A DNA stretch of 64,000 nucleotides from an uncultured Gemmatimonadales bacterium (GTDB lineage: Bacteria; Gemmatimonadota; Gemmatimonadetes; Longimicrobiales; Gaopeijiaceae). Location of the stretch: the NCBI GenBank assembly GCA_963809895.1, contig CAWELD010000010.1, forward strand, positions 1,056,001-1,120,000, written 5' to 3'. The stretch's first letter is position 1, and every line of letters starts with the position of its first letter. Both the position numbers and the translations under genes were made by a program. Below are positions 28,693 to 39,943 of this stretch, piece by piece. A model generated the notes under the pieces. It saw nothing but the letters and a program-made list of their open reading frames with translations, did not search any database and was not told where the DNA came from.

Positions 28693-30041
28693 CTAGGAGC
28701 CCTGGGCCTGTTCCGAGAGGATGCGTCGCGCGGCGGCCGCGGCGGCGGCTGCCCCCTGCTCGTTCACCTGCCAGTCGGCGTGGCGAAGGAGTTCCACCAC
28801 CAGATAGGGCGGCACCGGCGCCAGATCCACTCGGCGCGCCATGACGGCCTCCATGTAGGCCTTCACCAGGCCACCGGGGTCGTCTCGGGCTCCAAGCTGG
28901 GGTTGTCCCCCGCTCACGCCGAGCCCCATGCCCGACCACAAGGTCTCCAGCGCCCGGACATAGTCCGACCTCACCTGGTCCCGCTCCGCGCCGGTGAGCT
29001 CCAGGCCCTCCTCCTCTACACGTCGCCAGAGGATCTCCTGGCGCGACACGTCCTGCACCACCGACGCGAGCTGGGCGGGCTGCGCCGACGCCAGACGAGC
29101 CAGGCTCGCCGCCGGCAGGACCACGAGATAGCGAGCCAGCACACTGTCGTCGACGCTGCCGTCCCGATATCGCGAGACCACCGCTCCGTCGCGCAGCGCG
29201 CTCCAGGGATCCCTCGCCACCGTGCGGGCCTGGCTGTCCCAGCCATCGGCCAACGTCAACTTGCGGCGCTGGACGAGGGCCCGGATGCTGTCCGCACGCG
29301 CCGCCGCATCGCGCCGAGATGCCAGCCTGGCCGCGAAGATCGGCCGTACCTCCTCGAGGCGGGGACGATAGAGGATGTGAAAGCCCTGGCGGCCCTCCAC
29401 GACCTTCGAGATGTCGCCGGGACGCAGGTTGAAGACGGTGGCTTCCAGCGACGGGTCGAGCTCACCTCGCCCCACGAGGCCAATGAGCCCGTTGCGGTTC
29501 CTGGTCTCCGGATCCTGGCTCTGGGCCACCGCTTCTGACCAGCTGCCTCCGGCGCTCAGGGAGTCCCGGATGCGCTGCGCCTCCAGGCGCTGACGTTCGC
29601 GCTCCTCTGAGTCGGCTCCCGCGGACACGGCGCGGAGCACCTGAGCCACGAGCCGCAGCTCGCCGCTCTCGTAGGTCCGGGCGACGTCGGCCGGGGTCGG
29701 TTCCGGAACGTCCGTGCGAGCCGCCAGATAGCGGTTGGCGAGCAGTCGACGGCGCTCGGGCCAGGCGACCTTCTCGATGAGGCCCGGCGACGTCAGCGAG
29801 TCCCCCGGGCGAGCGCCTGGACCACGGCCGTCACCTCGACCCAATGGCGCGCGAGTCCGTGGGCGGTGGCGCTGTCCAGGGGTAGTGGCTGGCCCAGGAC
29901 CATCCAGTGGGCCAGCGCGTCGACCGTCAACGTGCGCCCATCGATCCGCGCTGCGGGTGGCGCGTCCGACGGCGCTCGACAGCCCGCCAGGCACGAGAGC
30001 GCAAGGAGTCCCGCTGCGAGTTTCGCGGGCGCTAGTCGCAT
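28693..30041 (-). CDS. PpiC/parvulin-type peptidyl-prolyl isomerase lipoprotein; frameshift in C5 run at 29802-29806
   Basis: Lipobox LAGC; SQDPET..NGLIG..VFNLRPGDISKVVEGRQGFHIL; N- and C-parts in different frames. Confidence 0.72.
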
Positions 30042-30230
30042 CGGAGGACTCCCATGAACACGCTCCTCTGGGAGGGCAGGGGGGTGGACCCATTGAAAGG
30101 CGCGCCCCATCGCTCGGCGAAGGGACAATGTATGGGCCGGGGCCGAGGACGACGAGTGTGGCCCTTGCGGTGCGGGGCACCGGGCGTCACTCATTGGCCC
30201 CTCCGTCGCATCTCTTCCCGAGCGATCCAC

Positions 30231-31586
30231 ATGACCCCATCGCGCCTGCAACGGTTTGTCCTGATCACCCTGATTGCCGGGCGCATTGTCGTTCATGCGG
30301 GGCCAGGCCCAGACCACGCGCAGCTCGACGCTGGCCTCGCTGGACTCCCTGGTGGGAGACACGCTGGACACGGCCTCCTTCTGGCGACGCGTCGAGGATG
30401 CCGGCTCGCCCCTCGTGGAGCCTTGTCAGCACCGATTCGGTGCTGGTGACCTTCCTGTGGCGGGGAGGACCGGAGACCCGGAACGTGGCCGTCTTCGGCG
30501 CGCTCACCGGATGGTTGGCGCCCGCCAACCTGATGGAGCGGCTCCCCCGTACCGATGTCTGGTACCGGAGCGTGGCGGCGAGCGCTCGCGTGCGCTTCAC
30601 CTACCGGCTGTCGGAGAACGACAACCTGCGCACGTACTGGGAGGATCCGGACTTCGCCCAGCGGAGCGCCGGCTTCCGTCCGGACCCGCTGAATCCGGAC
30701 ACGGTACCGTTGAACCCCGCGCAGGAGGCATCGCACTTCACCGGCCCCGGCTTCGTGTCGAACCGCTGGACGCCCGTGCGCACTCCCAAGGGCGGGCCAC
30801 CGCGACTCTCTGTCGCTGTCGGGCCGGCTGGTGGTCGTGTACCTGCCACCGGCTGCCGAGGTGGCCGATGAGGTCGGGCTCGTGGTGGCGCTGGACGGCG
30901 GCGCGTACGATGCGCTGGTTTCGACGCCGGCCACGGTCGAGGCGCTGACCGATGAGGGTGCGATTCCGCCCGCGATCGCCGTCATGGTCCACAGCGCGGA
31001 CAGGAACAGGGAGCTGCCGCCCAACCGGGCCTTCACGTCGTTCGTGGCCGATACGTTGCTTCCGGCGCTCAGGGCGCGGTATCCGGTGTCCGGAGATCCT
31101 GCGCGCAACGTCATCGTCGGCTCCAGTCTCGGAGGCCTGGCCGCCGCCTGGCTCGGGTACCGGCTGCCGTCGGTTTTCGGCAACGTCGTCGCCCAGTCGG
31201 GGGCGTACTGGTGGTCGCCTCCGGGAGGTGACGGCGCTCCCTGGCTGCCCTGGCGCTACGCCGTCGGCGAGGTCGAGCCTCTGCGGCTCTGGGTCGAGGC
31301 CGGAGCCCTCGAGACCCAGCCCGTACGGGGCGGGGTCAGCATGCTGCGCCTGACGCAGCACTTTCGCGACGTGCTGTGCGCGCGGGGCTACGAGGTGAGC
31401 TATTCCACCTTCCCGGGCGGGCACGAGTACGAGAATTGGCGTGCCACGTTGCCGCAGGCACTCACCTGGATCTTCAGCGGTGAGCCCGGCGACAGCGGGA
31501 CGCGCTGCGGTCGGTCCGGCACCGAGGATGAACGGCAGGGTCGTGGGGTGGGATCAGGTTCCGGTGGGCCGTGCGGTACGACGTGA
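30231..31586 (+). CDS. Enterochelin esterase (Fes)-like alpha/beta hydrolase, split by about three +1 frameshifts (error or pseudogene)
   Basis: Signal peptide; SPLVEP, VTFLWRG, DVWYRS, DPLNP, VYLPP, GSSLGG, QSGAYWW, GGHEY spread over three frames. Confidence 0.7.
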
Positions 31587-32047
31587 CGGAGGTCAGCGTC
31601 CAGGCGCCGTTCCGTCTCTCCCAGGTCTCGGTCCAGGCGAACTCGGTTTCGGCCTGGACCGCGGGGCCGCCCTCCGCGGTCGTCTCGGTACGTACGAGCT
31701 TGTGCACCCAGACCACGGCCATGCGTCCGTCGGGCGAGAGGTGGATCTCGGGGGGCGTGAGGTCGTCCCAGGCCAGCAGTGTCGAGCGCTGAAAATAGCC
31801 GCGGAAGCGCTCCAGGCTCTCGGCCCGCGTCGGGTGGGTGATGCGACCGTCCTGGACGCTCACGAAGTCGTCGGCGAAGAGCGACACGAGGAGCTCGGCG
31901 TCACCGTTCATGTGCGCGGCGCGCTCCGTCGCCTGCAGCTCGAGGATCTCCGCTCTGGCCGCAGCCGGTGCTCGGGCGGCCGCCGAGGGCCGCTGCGGAC
32001 ATCAGCGTCACGACGGCCCAGGCCGTGACGCTCTTTGACGCCTTCAC
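31474..32047 (-). CDS. NTF2/SnoaL-like (DUF4440) protein, frameshifted near the 5' end; boundaries uncertain
   Basis: ERAAHMNGDAELLVSLFADDF..WDDLTPPEIHLSPDGRMA..AWTETWERRNGAW. Confidence 0.6.
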
Positions 32048-32220
32048 GCGGCGTCACCCACCTCGTCGGCGTTCTTCACCAGGAGCACGACGACGGTGAA
32101 GACGTTGAGGATCATGCCCGCGAAGAACCACAGCCAGGCGTTGCGACGGGTGTTCTGTGCCCACAGGGCGCAGAAGGCTCCGAAGAGAAAGAGAACGAGT
32201 CCCGCGCCGGATTCTTCCAC
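32044..32220 (-). CDS. Small two-TM membrane protein (58 aa), absent from ORF track
   Basis: GGAGGG RBS, GTG start; VLFLFGAFCALWAQNTRRNAWLWFFAGMILNVFTVVVLLVKN. Confidence 0.7.
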   Translation of the reverse strand: MEESGAGLVLFLFGAFCALWAQNTRRNAWLWFFAGMILNVFTVVVLLVKNADEVGDAA

Positions 32221-32278
32221 GATTCCCTCCTGGTGGGAGTGTTGTTCGCTCGTGCCGCCGCCGAGTCCGGGAGGGGGC

Positions 32279-32596
32279 TCAGCGCAGCCGGACCACGAAG
32301 GCGCCGCCGCCGGAATCCAGGGCGAAGTCGTCGACGGTGCGCCCCAGCTCTTCCTCCAGCAGCGTCTCTACCATGTCGCGGAGCACCGGACCCTCCGAGG
32401 AGCGGTTGCCCCGGCCGGTGATCACCCGGAGCACGGTGCCCGACCCGCGTTGGGACCAGGAGCGCAGGAAGCCCTGCACCCTGATCTCCGCGGCCGAGGC
32501 CCGCAGCCCGTGCAGGTCCAGCTCCGCCTCCGGCACCGAACCCCTGAGCGTGCGCACCCGGCTCTCGGACGGGTGGCCCACCCGGCGCTTACCCAT
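32279..32596 (-). CDS. Stand-alone Smr domain protein
   Basis: ELDLHGL, VITGRGNRS, GGAFVVRL. Confidence 0.85.
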   Translation of the reverse strand: MGKRRVGHPSESRVRTLRGSVPEAELDLHGLRASAAEIRVQGFLRSWSQRGSGTVLRVITGRGNRSSEGPVLRDMVETLLEEELGRTVDDFALDSGGGAFVVRLR

Positions 32597-33131
32597 CGGT
32601 GAGCACGTCGTAGCCGAGCAGCACGATGCCCCGCGGGTAGCGCGTCAGGTCGGCGAGCGCCAGCCGCGTGTCGCCCTCCCCGGGAGGGAGGAGCGGCAGC
32701 CCGCTACCGAGGAGCACCGGGGTGACCGCCACCTCGATCCGGTCCACGAGGTGCCGATCCAGGCAACTGCGGAAGAGCTGCCCTCCGCCCATGAGCCAGA
32801 TGTCCTTGCCGGGGCGGTCGCGCAAGCCCGCGAGGACCTGCGCCGGATCCTCGCGCGCGATCCGCACCTCGGGGTGGTCCGAAGGGTCGAGGGTCCGTGA
32901 GAACACGAGGTGCTCCATGGCGGCCATGGGACCTTCGATGTCCTGCGACGCCAGGACCTCGTAGGTGTGGCGACCCATGAGCATGGTGTCGAAGCGACCC
33001 AGGAAGGCACCCCAATCGATGTCCGGCTCCTCCGGAATCCAATCGTAGCTACCGTCGTCGCGCGCGATGTAGCCGTCGAGGCTCGCGGCCACGGAGTAGA
33101 TCAGGCGTCGTTGGACATCGGTGGCGGCCAC
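32589..33131 (-). CDS. Dihydrofolate reductase-like (RibD C-terminal) protein
   Basis: AASLDGYIA, MGRHTYE, IWLMGGG, PVLLGSG. Confidence 0.88.
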   Translation of the reverse strand: MAATDVQRRLIYSVAASLDGYIARDDGSYDWIPEEPDIDWGAFLGRFDTMLMGRHTYEVLASQDIEGPMAAMEHLVFSRTLDPSDHPEVRIAREDPAQVLAGLRDRPGKDIWLMGGGQLFRSCLDRHLVDRIEVAVTPVLLGSGLPLLPPGEGDTRLALADLTRYPRGIVLLGYDVLTDG

Positions 33132-33134
33132 GGC

Positions 33135-33368
33135 TCAGTCCCGGGACCAGGGGAGGTGCACGACATCGGCGACCACCAGCACGCTGCGGCCGTGGTAGTC
33201 CCGGACGATGTGCTCGCCGTCGATGGTCACTACCTCGACCTGCCCGGCCGTCTCTTCGTCGCGGAGCTTGTACCACACGCCGACCTGGCCGGCGCCGCCA
33301 CCGTAGAGCGTCCACGCATCGTCGAACTCGATGCGCTTGAAGCGCACCACCAGACTTCGCTCGGTCAC
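33135..33368 (-). CDS. Small hypothetical protein (77 aa)
   Basis: AGGAGG RBS before GTG; ends 3 nt before the next gene start. Confidence 0.55.
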   Translation of the reverse strand: MTERSLVVRFKRIEFDDAWTLYGGGAGQVGVWYKLRDEETAGQVEVVTIDGEHIVRDYHGRSVLVVADVVHLPWSRD

Positions 33369-33590
33369 CGTGTCCTCCTGCGCCACCGCGTCGCGATCCG
33401 CCCTGGAGAGCTCCCCGGGGTCACGCTCCGGACCTCGGACGGTGCACCCGGAGGAGAGGGCGCGCACAGTAGGCCCGCTCCCTCGGTGCTCGCAAGTACG
33501 GCCAGCCGGGCGCTTCGGCGGTGGCCCCGGTATGCAGAGCGGCCCCATAGCCCTACATTTCCCCTCCTCCCCCTCGAACAAGGATGCTTT

Positions 33591-34280
33591 ATGCGATTTC
33601 GTCTTGCCGCCGCCGCGACGGTGGCGATCCTGACGACGCTGGCAGGGTGCCAGCCGTCGGGTACGGGCAGCGCTTCACTGGACACGGACCAGCAGAAGTC
33701 CAGCTACGCGGTGGGCCTCAACGTGGGCCGCAACCTGCAGGCCGCCGAGGGCTTGCTGGACATGGCCGCCTTCAGCCGGGGCGTCGAGGACGCCATGACG
33801 GGCGCCGATCCGGCCATGGAGCCGGCGGATCTGCAGGCCGCCCTCGAGGGCCTGAACACGCGCATCAACGACAAACGTCAGGCCGCCGGCGAGGAGAACA
33901 AGAGCGCTGGAGACGCCTACCTGGCCCAGAACGCCGAGAAGGAGGGGGTCACCACCACGGACTCCGGCCTCCAGTACGAGGTGTTGCAGGAAGGCGAGGG
34001 GGAGCATCCCGGTCCCGACGATCAGGTGACCGTGAACTATCGCGGCACCCTCATCGACGGCACCGAGTTCGACAGCTCCTACGAGCGGGGTGAGCCGGCC
34101 CAGTTCCAGGTGGGCGGCGTGATCCAGGGCTTCGCCGAGGGGCTGCAGCTCATGCAGCCCGGGGCCAAGTACCGCTTCGTCATCCCCTCGGACCTGGCCT
34201 ACGGTCCCGGGGGCTCCGGCGGGGCCATCGGCCCGAATCAGACGCTGATCTTCGAGGTGGAGCTCATCTCCATCGACTGA
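33591..34280 (+). CDS. fkpA: FKBP-type peptidyl-prolyl isomerase lipoprotein (FkpA/Mip-like)
   Basis: Lipobox LAGC; SYAVG; SGLQYEVL; YRGTLIDGTEFDSS; IPSDLAYG. Confidence 0.92.
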   Translation: MRFRLAAAATVAILTTLAGCQPSGTGSASLDTDQQKSSYAVGLNVGRNLQAAEGLLDMAAFSRGVEDAMTGADPAMEPADLQAALEGLNTRINDKRQAAGEENKSAGDAYLAQNAEKEGVTTTDSGLQYEVLQEGEGEHPGPDDQVTVNYRGTLIDGTEFDSSYERGEPAQFQVGGVIQGFAEGLQLMQPGAKYRFVIPSDLAYGPGGSGGAIGPNQTLIFEVELISID

Positions 34281-34317
34281 CCGGAGGCGCCGGAGCGGCC
34301 GTTCCGGAGCAAAGCGT

Positions 34318-34356
34318 GAAGGGGACGGTCCGCCGAGGGCCGCCCCCTTCGTCTTC
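34318..34356 (+). terminator. Putative intrinsic terminator
   Basis: GAAGGGG..CGGTCC / GGGCCGCCCCCTTC hairpin followed by GTCTTC. Confidence 0.45.
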
Positions 34357-34506
34357 TCAGGCCGCGGCGCCGGTGAGGGCACCGCGCCTCACGCCGACCA
34401 TCATCGGACACGCCGCCGGCCGAACGCCAGGTCTTCGGGTGGCGCCCCCGAAGTCGCCGGGGCAGATTCTCCCTACACCACGCATCACCGACGAACAGGA
34501 GTCCCC

Positions 34507-37500
34507 ATGCGTCGCCTCGCCGCCACTCTCGGCCTGGTCGCTCTCGCCCTCGCACCCACCCACCCGCTGCCGGCCCAGGAAGCCGACGGCCCCCTGGCGC
34601 GGGCCGTCGAGGGTCTCGACTTCCGTGAGATCGGACCGGCCATCACCGGGGGTCGGGTTGCGGATATCGCCGTTCCTACGGGGGATTCCCGCACCTGGTA
34701 CGTGGGTCTGGCCACCGGCGGAGTGTGGAAGACCACGAACCACGGCATGAGCTGGACCCCGCTCTTCGACGATCAGCGGGTGTCGTCCATCGGCGACGTG
34801 ACGGTGGCGCCGTCCAATCCGAACCTCGTGTGGGTGGGCACGGGCGAGCCCCAGAACCGGCAGTCTTCGCCCTACGGGGGCGGCGTCTTCAAGTCGCTGG
34901 ACGCCGGTAAGACCTGGCAGGACATGGGGCTCCACGAGACGCGACACGTGGGGCGCATCGTCATCCATCCCACCAATCCCGACGTCGTCTACGTGGCGGC
35001 GGTGGGCCACCTCTTCGGGCCCAACGAGGAGCGAGGCGTCTTCCGCACCACCGACGGTGGCGCAACCTGGGACAAGGTCCTCTACATCGACGAGAACACC
35101 GGCGCCATCGACCTCGCCATGGATCCGGACGATCCCATGACGCTGTTCGCGGCCATGTACCAGCGTCGGCGTACGGCCTTCGGCTTCAGCGCGTCGGGCT
35201 CGGGTTCGGGGATCTACCGCACCTACGACGGCGGCGACACGTGGACCGAGCTCACGGAGGGCCTGCCGGAGGGGGACAAGGGACGCATCGGGCTCGCCAT
35301 CTATCGCCGTGACGGCAACCTGGTCTACGCTTCGGTCGAAGGCGAAGGCCGCGAGGCGCTGGGCCTCTACCGGTCCACCGACCGGGGCGATACCTGGGAG
35401 AAGGTCAGCGACAACAATCCCCGCCCCATGTACTTCTCGCAGGTCCGCATCGACCCCAACAATCCGGACCGCATCTACATGGGCGGCGTCTCGTTCCAGG
35501 TCTCCGACGACGGTGGTCACACGTGGTGGGACCGGGACGGCGCCGAGAACATCCACGTGGATCACCACGCCATCTGGATCGATCCCGAGGACTCGAACCA
35601 CCTGATCATCGGCAACGACGGAGGCATCGCCAGCTCGTGGGACGGTGCCCGGACCTGGCGCCACCACAACAATCTGGCCATCGGCCAGTTCTACGCCATC
35701 GGCGTCGACATGCGCGATCCCTACTACGTATGCGGCGGGTTGCAGGACAACAGCTCGTGGTGCGGGCCGAGCCGTACGCTGGACGGCTACGGCATCGGCA
35801 ACGACGACTGGTACGACGTCTCGGGGGGCGACGGGTTCTACAACCAGATCGATCCCAGCGACTGGCGCGTGGTCTACTCCGAGTCCCAGGGCGGCAACGT
35901 GAGTCGCGTGAACGTGGCTACCGGCGAGGCGGTGCGGATCCGTCCGGTCTACCGCGACGAGGACGAGCCCGAGGGAGCCGGAGGAGGAAGAGGCCGAAGA
36001 GGGGCGAGGAGGCGGAGGAGGACGGCAGCTACGACTTCAACTGGAGCACGCCCATCGCCGTCTCGCAGCACGATCCCTCCACGGTGTATCTGGGCGCCAA
36101 CGTGCTGCTGCGCTCCCGGGACCGTGGCCAGACCTGGGAGGAGGCGAGTCCCGATCTCACGCGTGGGATCGACCGCGACACGCTGGAGATCTTCGGGCGG
36201 CCGCTGTCCGAGGACCACATCTCCAAGAACGACGGCCTCAGCGCCTACGGCACCATCACCACCATCGACGAATCTCCTCTGGACGCCAACGTGGTCTGGG
36301 TCGGTACCGATGACGGCAACGTGCAGGTGACCCAGGACGGGGGCGCCACCTGGACCAACGTGGTGGACAACGTCGAGGGCCTTCCTGGACGCCGCTACGT
36401 GAGCCGGGTCGAGGCCTCGGCGCAGGTGGCGGGCCGGGCGTACGCTACCTTCGACGGACACTTCGACGACGACTACCGGCCCTACGTCTATGTCACCGAG
36501 GATTTCGGCCAGAGCTGGCGATCCATCGCCGCCGGTCTGCCGGACCAGTCGGTGAACGTGATCCGCGAGCACCCCCGCCAGCCGAACCTGCTCTTCGTGG
36601 GCGACGAGGTGGGGGTCTTCGTCAGCGTCGATCGCGGTGAGTCGTGGCTGCGCATGGACGGCGGGCTACCCACGGTACCGGTGGACGACATCGTCATCCA
36701 TCCCCGGGACAACGACCTGGTGCTGGGCACCCACGGCCGCTCCATCTGGATCGCCGACGACATCACGCCGCTGGAGACGCTGTCGCGCGAGCTGGCCGGA
36801 AGGGCCGCACATCTCTTCCCGATCCGGCGCGCCACGCTGTACGTGAGCAACGCGGGGTGGCCCTTCTGGGGCGACAAGTACTTCGGCACGAACCCCCCCG
36901 AGGGTGCGCTCATCCGCTACAACCTGGCCGACGAGCTCGACCTCGAGTCGGTGGAGATGGTCGTACTGGATGCGGCGGGTGATACGATCCGCCATCTGGA
37001 CGGTCCGGCCGCCGCCGGCCTGCACACGGTGGTGTGGGACATGCGCTACGACGCGCCCTACGAGGTCGACCGGGAAGGGGGCGGCGGTGGCGGCGGCGGG
37101 GGCTTCTTCGGAGCGCCTCAGGGTCCCACCGTCCTCCCGGGCACCTACAGCGTCCGTCTGGAGACGGCGGGCCTGGTCATGGATCAGTCCGTGGAGGTGA
37201 GGGTGGATCCCCGTGTGGAGACCACCATGGCTGCGCTCCAGGCCCGTCAGCGCGCCCTCATGGACGGCTACGCGCTGGCCAAGCCCGTCTACGAGGCGCA
37301 GCAGCGCGTCCGCACGCTCACGGATCAGTTGAACGAGGCGCGTGACCTGCTCCGCGATCATCCGGCGGCCACGGACGAGCTGCGAGCACGGGTCGACTCG
37401 CTGCGCTCCGACGTGCGCGAGGTGAGCCAGGACCTGGGCGAGGTGAGCCGGGCGTCACGGGCGGGATTCGCCGTGGAAGGGTCGTTCGGCGCGCCCACCT

Positions 37501-37673
37501 CGGATCAGCGCTGGCAGATCGACGAGGCGTGGAGCGACCTGCCCGAGGTCCTGGACGACCTCAACGGGCTCCTCACCACCGAGGTGCCCGCGCTCTACAG
37601 GGAATTGGATCGGCTGGGGATCCGCCCGGAGCCGGGAGAGCCGGTGGCCATACCGTCGCGGCCTGGAGGCTGA
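34507..37673 (+). CDS. Secreted BNR/VPS10 beta-propeller, paralog 2; net +2 frameshift at about 35972-36004
   Basis: Same motif series as 19281-22514; removing two G in G-runs restores acidic linker EPEEPEEEEAEEGEEAEED. Confidence 0.85.
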
Positions 37674-37732
37674 CCCGGTGGCGTCGCCCGGTAGCCGGTG
37701 ACGGAGAGACTCCCTGCGGCCGAGGTGGCACG

Positions 37733-38932
37733 ATGAGACCCCCGAAGTGGCTTGGCAGTCGGCGGCGCGCTCCGGCCCTGGTCCTGGCCCTGGCGGTGCC
37801 GGCCCTGGCGGGCGCCTGCGGCGATCCGGGACCCGCGGGGGGGCGGGCCGCCGCGCCGGCGGCCCCCAGCCGCCCGGCGATTCCCGACAGCCAGTGGGTC
37901 CGTCTCGTCGGCGAGCTCTCCGAGCCCGGCGGCTACTTCGACACCGACAACCTCATCAGCAACGAGACGGGCTACCTCGACGTCCTGGGGGCCATGCGGC
38001 GGCTGGGCGTGCGCGGCGGCGCGTACATCGGCGTGGGGCCCGATCAGAACTTCTCCTACATGGCCCAGGTGCGCCCGGAGCTGGCCTTCATCATCGACAT
38101 CCGCCGGGACAATCTGCTGCAGCACCTGCTGTTCCGGGCCTTGTTCGAGCTCGCCGACACGCGCGTCGAGTACCTGTCACTGCTGCATGGCCGGCGGCCC
38201 CCGCCCGATCCGTCCAGGTGGACGACGGCCTCGGTGGACAGCGTCCTCGCCTGGGTACGCTCCGCCCCCGGCGGCGCCGGCACGCCAGAAGGAATGGCGG
38301 CGGCACGGGCGGTGGACTCCCTCGTCGCGCGCTCGCCCCTTTCGCTGAGCGCCGCCGACCGCGCCACCATCCGGCGCTTCCACGGCGAGTTCATCCGCTA
38401 CGGCCCGGCGCTCCGCTTCACCAGCTTCGGACGGGCTCCGAGGCCGTACTATCCGACCTACGGACAGCTCCTGGCGGCCACGGACCTCGAGGGCCGCACC
38501 GGCAGCTACCTGGCGAACGAGGACGACTGGCGGTTCGTGAAGGAGCTTCAGACCCGCAATCGCGTCATCCCGGTCGTGGGCGACCTGGCGGGCGACCACG
38601 CGCTGCGCGCCATCGGCGAGGAGGTTCGTCGCCGCGACCTGGCCGTGTCGGTGCTGTACACGTCGAACGTGGAGTTCTACCTGTGGAGCGACGGTACCTT
38701 TCCGCGCTTCGCGGCCAACGTGGCGTCACTTCCGGCGGCAAACGAAGCCGTGGTGATCCGGAGCTATTTTCCGAACTTCGGGCGCCGCCACCCGTACGCC
38801 GTGTCCGGCTCCTATTCGACGCAGACCCTGCAGACGCTGGAGAGCTTCCGGGCCGCCGTCGAGGACGGGGGCTACGGCAGCTACTGGGATCTGGTGACCC
38901 GCGATGCCCTGGATCCCCGCCCCGGTGGCTGA
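37733..38932 (+). CDS. Conserved hypothetical lipoprotein (LIC_10091-like)
   Basis: Lipobox AGAC; FDTDNLISNE, YIGVGPDQNFSY, YTSNVEFYL. Confidence 0.7.
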   Translation: MRPPKWLGSRRRAPALVLALAVPALAGACGDPGPAGGRAAAPAAPSRPAIPDSQWVRLVGELSEPGGYFDTDNLISNETGYLDVLGAMRRLGVRGGAYIGVGPDQNFSYMAQVRPELAFIIDIRRDNLLQHLLFRALFELADTRVEYLSLLHGRRPPPDPSRWTTASVDSVLAWVRSAPGGAGTPEGMAAARAVDSLVARSPLSLSAADRATIRRFHGEFIRYGPALRFTSFGRAPRPYYPTYGQLLAATDLEGRTGSYLANEDDWRFVKELQTRNRVIPVVGDLAGDHALRAIGEEVRRRDLAVSVLYTSNVEFYLWSDGTFPRFAANVASLPAANEAVVIRSYFPNFGRRHPYAVSGSYSTQTLQTLESFRAAVEDGGYGSYWDLVTRDALDPRPGG

Positions 38933-39030
38933 CGCGGTTCGGCACCACCGTCGCGCATCGCGGAAACCTCGACGCCCGGCCGGACCGTAGTACCTGGTAC
39001 CAACCCCACGCACTCCATCTGGAGATCCCC

Positions 39031-39345
39031 ATGAGCTACGATCCACCTCCCAACGACGACAGCCACGCCACGGGCGGGAGCACCGAGGCGGAGTCCGAAG
39101 AGCCGCGCCGCGAGACCCACCGGGTGTCCGGTGATCGCCTGCTGGAGACCGTGAAGCGCATCGTGCGTGAGGGCAATGCCCGCCGCATCGTCATCAAGAA
39201 CGACGAGGGCCGCACGCTGCTCGAGTTCCCCATGACGGCAGGCGTGGTGGGCGCCGCGCTCCTGCCTGTGTGGGCGGCGGTGGGCGCCGTGGCCGCTCTG
39301 GTGACCAACTGCTCCATCGAGGTGGAGCGGCACCAGGACGATTGA
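39031..39345 (+). CDS. DUF4342-domain protein
   Basis: VKRIVREGNARRIVIK..LLEFP.TAGVVG..CSIEVER. Confidence 0.85.
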   Translation: MSYDPPPNDDSHATGGSTEAESEEPRRETHRVSGDRLLETVKRIVREGNARRIVIKNDEGRTLLEFPMTAGVVGAALLPVWAAVGAVAALVTNCSIEVERHQDD

Positions 39346-39469
39346 GCGAGTGCCGCGAGGGGTTTCCTGACTCGCGTCTCGCGCGCACTTTGGGCTCGAC
39401 GGGAGGGGCGGGGCGCAGCCATCCCAACCGCCGGGCCCTGGAGCCCGGTCTCATGCCACGGAGGCTCGG

Positions 39470-39928
39470 ATGCTCAAGGAGTTCAAGAAGTTCGCCATGC
39501 GCGGCAACGTCGTCGACATGGCGGTCGGTATCATCATCGGCGGCGCCTTCGGGACCATCGTCAAGAGCCTCGTCGACGACGTACTCATGCCGCCCATCGG
39601 CATGCTGCTCGGCGGCGTGGATTTCACCGACCTGTTCGCCGTGCTCCGGCAGGGCGCCGAGCAGCCCGGACCCTACGCGACGCTGGCCGATGCGCAGGCG
39701 GCGGGAGCGGTCACCATCAACTACGGGCTCTTCGTCAACAACGTCGTGGCGTTCCTCATCGTGGCCTGGGCGGTGTTCATGGTCGTGAAGGGCATGAACG
39801 CCATGCAGCGGAAGGAGGAAGAGGCTCCGGCGGCGCCCACGACCAAGGCCTGCCCCTTCTGCGCCACGGACATTCCCATGGGCGCCACCCGCTGCCCCCA
39901 CTGCACCTCGGAGCTGGCGACCGCCTGA
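39470..39928 (+). CDS. mscL: Large-conductance mechanosensitive channel with C-terminal Zn-ribbon
   Basis: [36 protein letters not shown] tail. Confidence 0.95.
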   Translation: MLKEFKKFAMRGNVVDMAVGIIIGGAFGTIVKSLVDDVLMPPIGMLLGGVDFTDLFAVLRQGAEQPGPYATLADAQAAGAVTINYGLFVNNVVAFLIVAWAVFMVVKGMNAMQRKEEEAPAAPTTKACPFCATDIPMGATRCPHCTSELATA

Positions 39929-39943
39929 GGAGGCGCCGACGCC

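Noticed and set aside
35960..36025. Purine-rich GAG/GGA tract as a programmed frameshift site
   Set aside because: No canonical slippery heptamer; two extra G in G-runs explain it, and the paralog is uninterrupted
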